Position numbers and translations under genes: made by a program
Part shown: positions 20,070-28,704 of the stretch, one piece after another
Position numbering within the stretch: position 1 is the stretch's first letter
Layout of the letters: every line of letters starts with the position of its first letter
Notes under the pieces: model-generated
What the model was told of the DNA's origin: nothing
Databases searched by the model: none
Seen by the model: only the letters and a program-made list of their open reading frames with translations
Source: an uncultured Verrucomicrobiota bacterium
GTDB taxonomy: Bacteria > Verrucomicrobiota > Verrucomicrobiia > Limisphaerales > UBA9464
Assembly: GCA_903916195.1 (NCBI GenBank)
Contig: CAIWVP010000141.1
Coordinates: forward strand, 27,620-91,619
Length of the DNA stretch: 64,000 nucleotides
Direction of reading: 5' to 3'

Positions 20070-20315
20070 ATGAAGACGGCCAGCATCCGTGAACTCAAGC
20101 ACGACACCAACACGGTCCTCGCCTGGGTCACGTCCGGCGAACGCGTCGAGATCCAGCGGCGGGGCAAGCCCGTGGCCATGCTGAGCCGTCCGGCCCGCAA
20201 GGCGAAGGCCCCGGCGCGGCCCGACTTCGCCGCCCGGCTGAAAACCATCTACGGCGACAAGGAACTGGCGGTCACCGCCAACGACCTCCTCGCGCAAGAG
20301 CGAGGCGACCGATGA
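20070..20315 (+). CDS. Type II TA antitoxin, Phd/YefM family
   Basis: MKTASIRELK...VL..V..GERVEI.RRGKPVA.L; ATGA overlap with the toxin. Confidence 0.9.
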   Translation: MKTASIRELKHDTNTVLAWVTSGERVEIQRRGKPVAMLSRPARKAKAPARPDFAARLKTIYGDKELAVTANDLLAQERGDR

Positions 20316-20749
20316 CCGCCTACGCCGACACCGCCTTCTTGTGCTCTCTGCACGCGCCGGACGCGCACACCGGGCGGGTGGTCGCGTGGCTCCAGCGCCC
20401 CCGCGCACCGCTGCCCTTCACCGGGCTGCATCGCTTGGAATTCCGGAACGCGCTCCGGCTGCGCGTCTTCCGGAAAGAGATCACACCGGAGCAACGCGAA
20501 CTGGCCATCCAAGCCATGCTCTCGGACATCGCCGCCGCCGTGTTCGCCTACGCGGAACCTTCCTGGCCCGAAGTGCTGCTCGAAGCCGAACGCCTCAGCG
20601 GAGGTCACTCGGAGACCATCGGCACCCGGAGCCTCGACATCCTGCACATCGCTTCTGCCCTTGTGCTGGGTGCGAAGGATTTCCTGACCTTCGACACCCG
20701 CCAAGGGACGCTCGCCAAGGCCGTCGGCCTACGGGTGCCGGCGATCTGA
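20312..20749 (+). CDS. vapC: Type II TA toxin, VapC/PIN domain
   Basis: YADTAFL, LEF.NAL, RSLDILHIASA, FLTFD.RQ acidic PIN residues. Confidence 0.9.
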   Translation: MTAYADTAFLCSLHAPDAHTGRVVAWLQRPRAPLPFTGLHRLEFRNALRLRVFRKEITPEQRELAIQAMLSDIAAAVFAYAEPSWPEVLLEAERLSGGHSETIGTRSLDILHIASALVLGAKDFLTFDTRQGTLAKAVGLRVPAI

Positions 20750-20924
20750 GGACATGGCGGTGATACTCAAAACCGACAGCCGAGGCCGCCACACGCTGGG
20801 CCGATCTTTGCCCGGCGTGTCCAAAGTGCGGGTCGAACGGCACCTCGATGGGTCAGCCTCCGCAACGGTCGATCGACTCCCGACTCGGCTTGACGGTGGG
20901 ACCGTCCCACTCTCTGCTTGCGGC

Positions 20925-21155
20925 ATGATCGCGACGCTCAAAAGTGACGAGAAGGGCCGTTATGCCTTGGGTCGTTTCCTGCCCCGCAAGCCCGAGGTGC
21001 AGGTCGAGCCTCATCCTGACGGCTCGGTGACGCTGCGCCCGGTGAAGCGGCGGATGACCCGGGCGGAGGCCGAAGCATTTGTCCGCAGCCGGGCGGGCAC
21101 GTGGGATGGACCTATCTCCGGGGCAAACCTGCTCAAACTGACGCGCGGGGAATGA
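20925..21155 (+). CDS. Putative AbrB/MazE-like antitoxin (ORF extends in frame to 20754 with a duplicated N-domain)
   Basis: D.KGR..L...L.......V....DGSVTLRP swapped-hairpin pattern; ATGA overlap with the PIN toxin; upstream TTGACG and palindrome GTGGGAC-C-GTCCCAC. Confidence 0.7.
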   Translation: MIATLKSDEKGRYALGRFLPRKPEVQVEPHPDGSVTLRPVKRRMTRAEAEAFVRSRAGTWDGPISGANLLKLTRGE

Positions 21156-21535
21156 TTCTCATCGACACTTCGACCGTCGTCGCTTGGCTCGATGAAGTCC
21201 ACCCGGACCATCAATCGTCCGCAGTGGCGGTGATCCAAGCCTTGGAGGAGGACGAAGTTGCCGTGAGCGTGGTCACGCTGGCGGAACTGGCCGCAGGCGG
21301 ACGGACCCGAGAAGCCATCGCCCAAGACCTGCGAGGGATGACCGTCGTGGAAGTGACCGAAGATGACGCTTGGCACGCCGGCCGTGTGTTTGCGCGCACA
21401 CCCCGCAAACAACTCGCCCCGTTGCCTGATTTCTTCATACGCGCCCAAGCCGCCGAACGCGGCTGGAAACACCTGACGAACGACCGCCGCCGGCTCAAGT
21501 GGTGGCCAGACGTCGAGTTCGTCTTCGGGAACTAA
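21152..21535 (+). CDS. vapC: Type II TA toxin, VapC/PIN domain
   Basis: MILIDTS, VTLAEL, LPDFFI.AQA, LTND. Confidence 0.88.
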   Translation: MILIDTSTVVAWLDEVHPDHQSSAVAVIQALEEDEVAVSVVTLAELAAGGRTREAIAQDLRGMTVVEVTEDDAWHAGRVFARTPRKQLAPLPDFFIRAQAAERGWKHLTNDRRRLKWWPDVEFVFGN

Positions 21536-21571
21536 GTTTCTCCACGACCTCTGCCCCAACCTATCGGGGCC

Positions 21572-21826
21572 TCAACCCGGCTGGCCGGATCCGAGGTCGT
21601 AGAGCATGTGCCAGATGCGGTCCATCTCGCCGCGCTCCACCACCGGCTGCGGAGTCGAGCCGTCGAAGGCCGGCTGCGGCGATTTCAACCAGCGGCCTAC
21701 CTGCGCCGGCTCCATGACACGGGCGAGCAGTTTCCATGTGGGCTCCCGGAACTGGGGGACCATCAGCACGACGGCGACAACGGCGGCCTTCTCGCGAGCC
21801 GCTCCGCGGTCCCTTCGTCGCGCCAT
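21572..21826 (-). pseudogene. Remnant of Xre/MbcA/ParS antitoxin toxin-binding domain (DUF2384-like)
   Basis: WLKSPQPAFDGSTP..V.ERGE.DRIW pattern; no HTH N-terminus or RES toxin partner visible. Confidence 0.6.
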
Positions 21827-21926
21827 AGATGTCCGTCGACACTGGAGCGAAGGTCCCTTGGGAAGAATCGCCAGTTCTGCTGAGGACCGACAAGCGGCAT
21901 GACCGTCGCGTACAATCGGCGACGGC

Positions 21927-22215
21927 AGGGTGTGATCAGAAGTGGGCGGTCAGGTTGGCGGATGGAGCGCAGCCCGGCAGGGTGTGCGGTCTAGTTGCCT
22001 GAAGGCGGATCCCTCGACGACGCGGGAAGAATCCACGGACGGGCAGCTGCCCGTTGCTACCATACCATCGTGGGTAAGGTCCGCGCGGCCGCGCGGACCC
22101 ATCTGCCCTGCCAGGGACCTCCATGGGTAGGAAGTGGCCGCCGACCTGCTCGGACACACCTATCGGGAACTTCGCTCATACTCCCTCAACTGACCGCCAC
22201 TTCCGATCACACCCT
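21927..22215. mobile_element. MITE-like non-autonomous element, 289 bp
   Basis: About 30-bp imperfect terminal inverted repeats (AGGGTGTGATCAGAAGTGGGCGGTCAGGTTG / CAACTGACCGCCACTTCCGATCACACCCT) flanked by direct repeat GCGACGGC at 21919-21926 and 22216-22223; no transposase. Confidence 0.75.
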
Positions 22216-22306
22216 GCGACGGCAGCGCGCCCGTTGACATCGCCGGGCGGAACCGTTTCTTTCACGACGCTGCAATATGCGCCGCCATCCGATCCCCTCC
22301 CATCCC

Positions 22307-22729
22307 ATGAAACTCAAGCTTGCCCTCCCTCTTCTGGTCGCCGCGTCCACCGTCGCATTCGTCGGCTGCAACAAAGAAGAGGCGAAAGAGAACGTCTCCG
22401 GGTTGAAGGACAAGACCGCCGAGGCCGCCACCCAGATCGGCGAGGCCGCCAAGGATATGGCCCATCAAGCCGGCGAAAAGGCGAAGGACGTCGGCGAGAG
22501 AGTCGCGCAGGAGGCGAAGGTGATCGGCGAGAAGGCCGCCCACGAAGCAAAGGAGATCGGCGGAAAGACGCTCGACGCCGCGAAGGTGAAGGCCGGTCAA
22601 GCCTACGAGGCCGCCAAAGAAGGCACCGAGAAAGCGGTCGATGCCGCGAGGGAAGCCGCCGCGGTCGCCGCGCGGAAAACGGCGGAGGCCGCCAACAAAG
22701 CGGCCGACAGCCTCAAACCGAAGCCATGA
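22307..22729 (+). CDS. Lipoprotein with LEA/YtxH-like 11-mer helical repeats
   Basis: Signal peptide ending FVG-C; A/K/E-rich 11-residue periodicity. Confidence 0.8.
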   Translation: MKLKLALPLLVAASTVAFVGCNKEEAKENVSGLKDKTAEAATQIGEAAKDMAHQAGEKAKDVGERVAQEAKVIGEKAAHEAKEIGGKTLDAAKVKAGQAYEAAKEGTEKAVDAAREAAAVAARKTAEAANKAADSLKPKP

Positions 22730-22798
22730 TGCGGCGGCGCCGTCGGATGGGTCTGCATGCCGGGCCGTCGCTGGGACGGCCCGGCACGGGGCACCCCA

Positions 22799-23989
22799 TC
22801 ACTTGCCGACAGGGCCGTAACCGGCGGCGGGCGTGCCGTCGTCGTTGAGGTGGCGGGTGCTCCAGAGCACGCCGCGCGTGACGAGGTCGAGATAGCGGGC
22901 ATCGGCGACGGTCTCGTTGTTGTGGCCGATCGTGGTCGAGAAGACGCGGGTCTTCTTTGCGCCGTACTCATGGGTCCACACCACCGTGGAATCGTTCTGG
23001 CCCGGACGGTCGCCGGCATCCTGCTTGCCGCGGGCGAGGGCCTTGGTGGAGCCGGCCACCTGGATGTTGTTGTAGAGCTCCTCGTTGACGGTGGTCCAAT
23101 CCTTCAGGCCCTTGGTCACCGGGTTGCTGCTGTCGAGGAAGGTGATGGCGATCGGCTTCTGCGCGCCGTGGCCGCTGGACTGGAGGCCGAGATAATCGAA
23201 CCAGAACGAATGCGGCGTGCCGGACTTGGCCGGATCGTTCGGGTTGCCGATGCGGTAGCAGTGCATGGCGCAGTGCAGGTTGACGCCGGCGATGCCATCG
23301 CGGTGCGGCTTGAGCACGCCTTCGATGACGGCGGGGTCGTTGATGTCGGCGGCGCACTCGTCGTGGATGACGATGTCGTAGCCCTTCGCGTAATCCGGGT
23401 TCCCGTAGATGGGCAACGGCGGCTTGGTGCTGCCGTCCGGAGAGAAGATGACGTCGACCTTCGCGTTGGCGCGGGCCTCGATCCCGGCCTTCAGGATGTC
23501 CTTCTGCTTCGCGTAGTCATGGCAGCAACCGCCAGCGAGGAGCAGCACGCGGATCGGGGCGACCGCCGGCTCGGTGCCGGGCTTGCGCTTGTACGCCGCG
23601 AAGAAGATGCCGCTGTCGGCGGTCGACTTGAATTCCTTGGGCCGGGCGCCGCCCTGGATGGAGACCGCGGAACGCCAGCCGTCCGGCGTCAGTTCGGCGA
23701 TGGCCTCGAGCACGCGGCCGACGTTCTGGCCTTCCGTCTCGGTCAGGTCCAGGGCCGGGGGCGTCTTGCTGGCGTCGAGCTTCACCTTGCCCTTGGCCGT
23801 CGAGTCGTTGGTCTCGAAGACGTAGGTGCCGTCCTTCATCGTCATCACGATGCCGTCGGTGAAATTGGCGGCGACATCGTCGCCGTTCATCTCGGCGGAC
23901 TTGATGAGCCAAGTGCCGTTGAAGGAGCTGATGTCCACCGCGAACAGCGTGGTCGCGGTCGCGAAGAAGGCGAGGAGGAGGCGTTTCAT
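22799..23989 (-). CDS. Secreted TIGR03067-like domain + ThuA-like (trehalose utilisation) domain protein
   Basis: Signal peptide, FNGTW..S.E.NG, LDASKTP..LD, RPKEF; then RVLLLAGGCCHDY, LHCAMHCYR, EELYN, RVFSTTIGH. Confidence 0.8.
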   Translation of the reverse strand: MKRLLLAFFATATTLFAVDISSFNGTWLIKSAEMNGDDVAANFTDGIVMTMKDGTYVFETNDSTAKGKVKLDASKTPPALDLTETEGQNVGRVLEAIAELTPDGWRSAVSIQGGARPKEFKSTADSGIFFAAYKRKPGTEPAVAPIRVLLLAGGCCHDYAKQKDILKAGIEARANAKVDVIFSPDGSTKPPLPIYGNPDYAKGYDIVIHDECAADINDPAVIEGVLKPHRDGIAGVNLHCAMHCYRIGNPNDPAKSGTPHSFWFDYLGLQSSGHGAQKPIAITFLDSSNPVTKGLKDWTTVNEELYNNIQVAGSTKALARGKQDAGDRPGQNDSTVVWTHEYGAKKTRVFSTTIGHNNETVADARYLDLVTRGVLWSTRHLNDDGTPAAGYGPVGK

Positions 23990-24233
23990 GAGCGAGGGAT
24001 GCACTTTATCCGCATCCACGGCACCGGTCAGCAACCAATTGGGTGCACCGGCAGGGGGGCAGATTCGCCGGGAAGACCTACCGGGTGGAGAGCAAGGCTG
24101 CGATCGGCGGCCCCGATGGGACGTTCCGCGGTGATCGCGCCGGCAATGGCGCGGATCTCGAGTCCAGCGAAGCGACCGGTGCCGCCGCGTGCTATCGGGT
24201 GATGTTTCTCCCCTGATCTCTCTGGCGCGGAGC

Positions 24234-24461
24234 TCAGATGAAATCCCGCCGCATCAGCCAGCGCACGCCAAAGATCACCGCGATCGAGACCAGCGACATG
24301 AGCCACCAAGCGTCGATGAGATAAGACGTCCCGATCATCACCAACCCTCCGGCGAACGGCCACGGCTCCTTCTGCCGCGTGCCGTAGACGAAGTACGCGG
24401 TGCCGACGGAACCCCACACCAGCGAGGCCCAGAGGAAGGATTCATTCAAGGCGAGGAGCAT
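24234..24461 (-). CDS. Small membrane protein (G.AYFVYG.RQ motif)
   Basis: 75-aa hydrophobic ORF at the end of a long antisense frame; about 3 short TM segments. Confidence 0.7.
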   Translation of the reverse strand: MLLALNESFLWASLVWGSVGTAYFVYGTRQKEPWPFAGGLVMIGTSYLIDAWWLMSLVSIAVIFGVRWLMRRDFI

Positions 24462-24596
24462 CGGTCCCGCACCGTGCGCCGGGACGCCCTCGTTGGCGAG
24501 CGCCCGCTCCGACGCGGGGCGCCGAGGTCCCGACCATGGCCGCGAGGATCCCCCAAACGGCTTGCGTTCACGGAAACCACGCCCGGTAATCGCGCT

Positions 24597-27341
24597 GTGC
24601 CGCGCGCCAAGTCCAACGACACCGATCTGCCCCAGAAACGTCCCGGAGAACTGCTCGGTCTGGCGCTCCTGGGCATCGCCTTCGTGCTGCTCGTCGCGCT
24701 GCTGTCCTACGACCGCAACGACATCTCTTGGGTCAAGCAACCGCCCAACCATCCCCCGCACAACACGCTCGGCCTGATGGGAGCGTGGGTCGCCTACGTG
24801 CTGACGCTCGGGTTCGGTGCATCGATGTTCGTGCTCGTCGCGCTGCTCATCGGGTTCGGTTTGGCCACCTTCGTCCCCGCGCTCGGTTATCTTTGGCGCG
24901 GATGGCGCACGCTCTTCGCCGCCATCGGCCTCCAGGTCGCGAGCATGGGCATCCTCGACCTGCTGACCGGCTACGGGTTCCACTTCGGCACCCACGGTAA
25001 TTCCAAAGGCGCCGGCGGCCTGCTCGGGAGCGAGCTCGATCGCGCGGTCGTCTTCCTGGTGAACCCCGCCGGCGCCACGCTGGTCTATGCCGCGCTGTAT
25101 CTCGGATGCTTGGCGGTCCTCGCCGACGTGCATCTGCTCGACCTCGCGAAGCGGCTCCTGGTCCGCGAACCGAAGACCGACGACGAGAAGTTCGCCGCCG
25201 ACCAAGCCGCGCTCGCCAAGCAATCGAAGGAACTCTCCAAGCAGGCCAAGCTGCTCGAGCTGAAGGCCGCCGCCGAGACCGCCGCGAAGGCCAAGGTCGC
25301 GAAGGCACCACGGCCGGCAGCCCAGGAGCCCGTGGCCTTGGAGCCGGCCAACGGCGGCCTCGGTGCCGATCTGCGTCCGGTCCCGGAGCCGCGGTTCCAG
25401 GACAACAGCCTTCCCCGCAGCCGTCCCGAACCCGGCAAAGAACCGGTCGCCGATGGCTTGGTCATCACCGGCAAGGAGATCGCCGCGGCGACGCCGGCCG
25501 AGGCCATCCTCGGCCGCAGATCCGCGCTGAAGACGACACCGCCGGCCCCGGCCGCATCCGACGACGATTGGAAGCCGGGCCAAACGGATCCCGACGCGAC
25601 CGACGGCGAGACCCTGGACGAGGCCGATGCGCTCGCCGCCGCCGCGGTGCCCTTCTCGCCGGTCTCCGGCGGCAATCTCGTCCGCGGCGGCAAGATGCAG
25701 CCGCGCCGGCCCCGGCCCATCACGGTCGCCAGCACGCCGATGATCGACGGCTACCGCCTGCCCGACCTCGATCTGCTCAACCGTCCCGATCTCACGGTGA
25801 AATCCACCGAGACCAAGGAAGACTACCTGGCCAATTCGCGGCTGATGGTGCAGACGCTCGCCCAGTTCGGCATCGAGGTCTTCCCCGGCGACATCACCCG
25901 CGGCCCGACCATCACGCGCTACGAGCTGCATCCGGCGGCCGGCGTGAAGCTCGAGAAGATCACCGCCCTCACCAACAACCTCGCCGCCGCGCTCAAGGCG
26001 GAGCGCCTCAACGTGCTCGCGCCGATCCCCGGCAAATCGTCCGTCGGCATCGAGGTGCCGAACCTGGTGAAGACCAAGGTCATCATGCGCGACCTCCTGG
26101 AGTCGCCCGAGTGGCTGAACTCGAAGGCGCGCATCCCGCTCGCCCTGGGCAAGGACGTCTACGGCCACCCGATCATCGCCGACCTCGCCGAGATGCCGCA
26201 CGTGCTCATCGCCGGCAGCACCGGGTCCGGAAAGTCCGTCTGCATCAACACGATCATCGCGTCGCTGCTCTACAAGTTCGGCCCCGACCAGCTGCGCTTC
26301 GTGATGATCGATCCCAAGGTCGTCGAGCTCCAGCAGTACAACGCCCTGCCCCACCTCGTCGTCCCCGTCGTCACCGACCCCAAGAAGGTCATCCTCGCGC
26401 TGCGTTGGGTCGTGAACGAGATGGAGAAGCGTTACCAGATCTTCGCCAAGGTCGGGGTCCGGAACATCAAGGGCTTCAACGAACGACCCAAGGACAAGCC
26501 CCTTCCGCCGAGCGAGCCCGAGCTGCCGTTGATGGCCAAGAAGGAGAAGGTCGAGCCCGGCGCGGAAGGCTTCGCCGTCGAGGTCGACGTGCAGATCGTC
26601 GTCCCCCGCGACGATGACATCATCATCCCGGAGAAGCTCAGCTACGTGGTCGTCATCATCGACGAGCTCGCCGACCTCATGCTGGTCGCTCCGGCGGACG
26701 TCGAGATGGCCATCGCCCGCATCACCCAGATGGCCCGCGCGGCCGGCATCCACTGCATCGTCGCCACGCAACGGCCGTCGGTGGACGTCATCACCGGCGT
26801 GATCAAGGCGAACATCCCGGCGCGCATCGCCTTCCAGGTCGCGGCCAAGGTCGATTCCCGCACGATCCTCGACCAGATGGGTGCCGACAAACTTCTGGGC
26901 AAGGGCGACATGCTCTACCTGCCGCCGGGCAGCGGGAAGCTCACCCGGGCCCAGGGCGCCCTCATCACCGACCAGGAGATCGAGAAGCTCGTCGAGTTCA
27001 TCGCCAAGCAGGGCAAGCCCAGCTACGAGCCGGAGATCCACCAGCGGCTCCAGAGCACGCCCAGTTCCATGGGCTCGATGTCGCTCGATCCCGAATCCGA
27101 GGTGAGCGACGCGGACGAGGACCTGATCCAGAAGTGCATCGAGGTCATCCGCTCCGAGAAGAAGGCCAGCGTGTCCTTGCTCCAGCGCCGCCTGAAGCTC
27201 GGCTACGGCCGCGCCTCGCGCCTGATGGATGAGCTCGAGGACCGCGGGATCGTCGGCCCGAGCAAGGGCGCGGAGCCCCGCGACATCCTGCTCGACCTCG
27301 ACGGCCAGGGCTACGACGGCGGCGGACAGAGCATGGTGTGA
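24597..27341 (+). CDS. ftsK: DNA translocase FtsK
   Basis: N-terminal TM domain, Pro/Ala linker, PHVLIAGSTGSGKS, IIDELADLM, ATQRPSVDVITG, gamma domain SVSLLQRRLKLGYGRA; start inferred at GTG 24597. Confidence 0.97.
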   Translation: MPRAKSNDTDLPQKRPGELLGLALLGIAFVLLVALLSYDRNDISWVKQPPNHPPHNTLGLMGAWVAYVLTLGFGASMFVLVALLIGFGLATFVPALGYLWRGWRTLFAAIGLQVASMGILDLLTGYGFHFGTHGNSKGAGGLLGSELDRAVVFLVNPAGATLVYAALYLGCLAVLADVHLLDLAKRLLVREPKTDDEKFAADQAALAKQSKELSKQAKLLELKAAAETAAKAKVAKAPRPAAQEPVALEPANGGLGADLRPVPEPRFQDNSLPRSRPEPGKEPVADGLVITGKEIAAATPAEAILGRRSALKTTPPAPAASDDDWKPGQTDPDATDGETLDEADALAAAAVPFSPVSGGNLVRGGKMQPRRPRPITVASTPMIDGYRLPDLDLLNRPDLTVKSTETKEDYLANSRLMVQTLAQFGIEVFPGDITRGPTITRYELHPAAGVKLEKITALTNNLAAALKAERLNVLAPIPGKSSVGIEVPNLVKTKVIMRDLLESPEWLNSKARIPLALGKDVYGHPIIADLAEMPHVLIAGSTGSGKSVCINTIIASLLYKFGPDQLRFVMIDPKVVELQQYNALPHLVVPVVTDPKKVILALRWVVNEMEKRYQIFAKVGVRNIKGFNERPKDKPLPPSEPELPLMAKKEKVEPGAEGFAVEVDVQIVVPRDDDIIIPEKLSYVVVIIDELADLMLVAPADVEMAIARITQMARAAGIHCIVATQRPSVDVITGVIKANIPARIAFQVAAKVDSRTILDQMGADKLLGKGDMLYLPPGSGKLTRAQGALITDQEIEKLVEFIAKQGKPSYEPEIHQRLQSTPSSMGSMSLDPESEVSDADEDLIQKCIEVIRSEKKASVSLLQRRLKLGYGRASRLMDELEDRGIVGPSKGAEPRDILLDLDGQGYDGGGQSMV

Positions 27342-27427
27342 GGCGACGGGAGCGATCGGGCATCCGGCTCTCGCCCGGTCACCCTGACCTCGCGGACTCC
27401 GCATGGGGCCGACGGGGTCGCGACAGC

Positions 27428-27561
27428 GTCTTGGAGTGCGTGCGGCGAAGCAGAGCGGAGCTGCCGCTTTGGCGTGGAGCGGTCGAGCGGTCGAGCGCCC
27501 CAGAAGTTCGTTGCCAGGTCCGGCGGACGAAAAGCGGGGCAAGCCACACGCACTCCAAGAC
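27428..27561. repeat. REP-like nested inverted repeat
   Basis: Perfect 15-bp IR GTCTTGGAGTGCGTG / CACGCACTCCAAGAC with inner CCGCTTT / AAAGCGG. Confidence 0.8.
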
Positions 27562-27681
27562 CTCGCGGAGAACGAACGGTCCATGGGCAGGGGAAAGCTG
27601 TCGGACGCCGTCGTCGCATCGCCTGCCGTTCTCCGCGCGTTTTTCGCTGACCGTCCCCGGGACGTTCCGCAGGCTGCGCGC

Positions 27682-28593
27682 ATGTCTTCTGCCGGAGTCC
27701 TGCCCCGTCTGTTGCTCGTGGATGGCCACGCCTACGCGTATCGTGCCTTCCATGCCATCCGCTCGATGAACGCGCCGGACGGGCGCCCGACCAACGCCAT
27801 CTTCGGCTTCGTGAAGATGCTGCTCAAGATGGAGGCGACGCTGCGTCCGACCCATCGGCTCGTGGTCTGGGATGCCGGGCTCGCCGCCGATCGCGTGGCC
27901 GCCCTGCCGGGCTACAAGGCGGACCGCCCGCCCACGCCGGATGCCTTGGTCGAGCAGTTCCCGCAGCTCCAGGCCTGGCTCGCCGCCGCCGGTTGGGCCT
28001 CGCTCCAAGAGGACGGCACCGAGGCCGACGACTGGCTCGCCACCTACGCCCGCCGCGCCGAGGCCGCCGGTTGGCAGAGCATCATCGCCAGCTCCGACAA
28101 GGACTTCATGCAGTTGGTCAACGACCGCGTCGGCCTGTTCAACCCGAACGATAAATCGGACAAGATCTGGGCCGCTGCCGACGTCGAGACCAAGACCGGC
28201 GTGCGTCCCGACCAGGTGGTGGATTGGCTCAGCCTCGTCGGCGACAGCGTGGACAACATCCCCGGGGTGTCCGGCGTCGGCCCGAAGACCGCGACCGATC
28301 TGCTCAAGCGGTTCGGCGACATCGAAACGCTCTTGGCCCGCTCCCATGAGCTCAAGTCCGAGACGCAGCGGAACTCGGTCCAGGCCAGCGCCGACGCCTT
28401 GCGCCGGAACCAGATGATGATCCGGCTGCGTGATCAGCTTGCCGGCGGACCGGCGTTGGACGGCCTCGCGCCGCGTCCCGCCGATCGCCCGGTGCTCCGC
28501 GAGCACTATCGCCGATGGAACTTCCGCAGCCTGCTGGCCGAGCTCGGCGAAGAACCGGTGCCCGGGACGGAGACGCAGGGCGATTTGTTCTGA
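27682..28593 (+). CDS. Stand-alone 5'-3' exonuclease / flap endonuclease (PolA N-terminal domain)
   Basis: LLLVDG..YAYRAFHA, YKA.R, EADD, SSDKD..Q, LVGDSVDNIPGV.GVGPKTA; no polymerase domain. Confidence 0.92.
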   Translation: MSSAGVLPRLLLVDGHAYAYRAFHAIRSMNAPDGRPTNAIFGFVKMLLKMEATLRPTHRLVVWDAGLAADRVAALPGYKADRPPTPDALVEQFPQLQAWLAAAGWASLQEDGTEADDWLATYARRAEAAGWQSIIASSDKDFMQLVNDRVGLFNPNDKSDKIWAAADVETKTGVRPDQVVDWLSLVGDSVDNIPGVSGVGPKTATDLLKRFGDIETLLARSHELKSETQRNSVQASADALRRNQMMIRLRDQLAGGPALDGLAPRPADRPVLREHYRRWNFRSLLAELGEEPVPGTETQGDLF

Positions 28594-28704
28594 TTGGTGT
28601 CGGGTTTCGGATCTTTGATCGCCGCGGATGGCCGCGGCAGATCTGGTCCCGCCGGACCTCGGCGATGGGCCCAGCGAAGGGACCATGAGAAGAAAGAGCG
28701 CGGC

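Noticed and set aside
21927..22215. Known housekeeping ncRNA (RNase P, tmRNA, SRP, 6S)
   Set aside because: No GAGGAAAGTCC, tRNA-like ends or SRP loop motif; longer than typical 6S; the flanking direct repeat favours a MITE.
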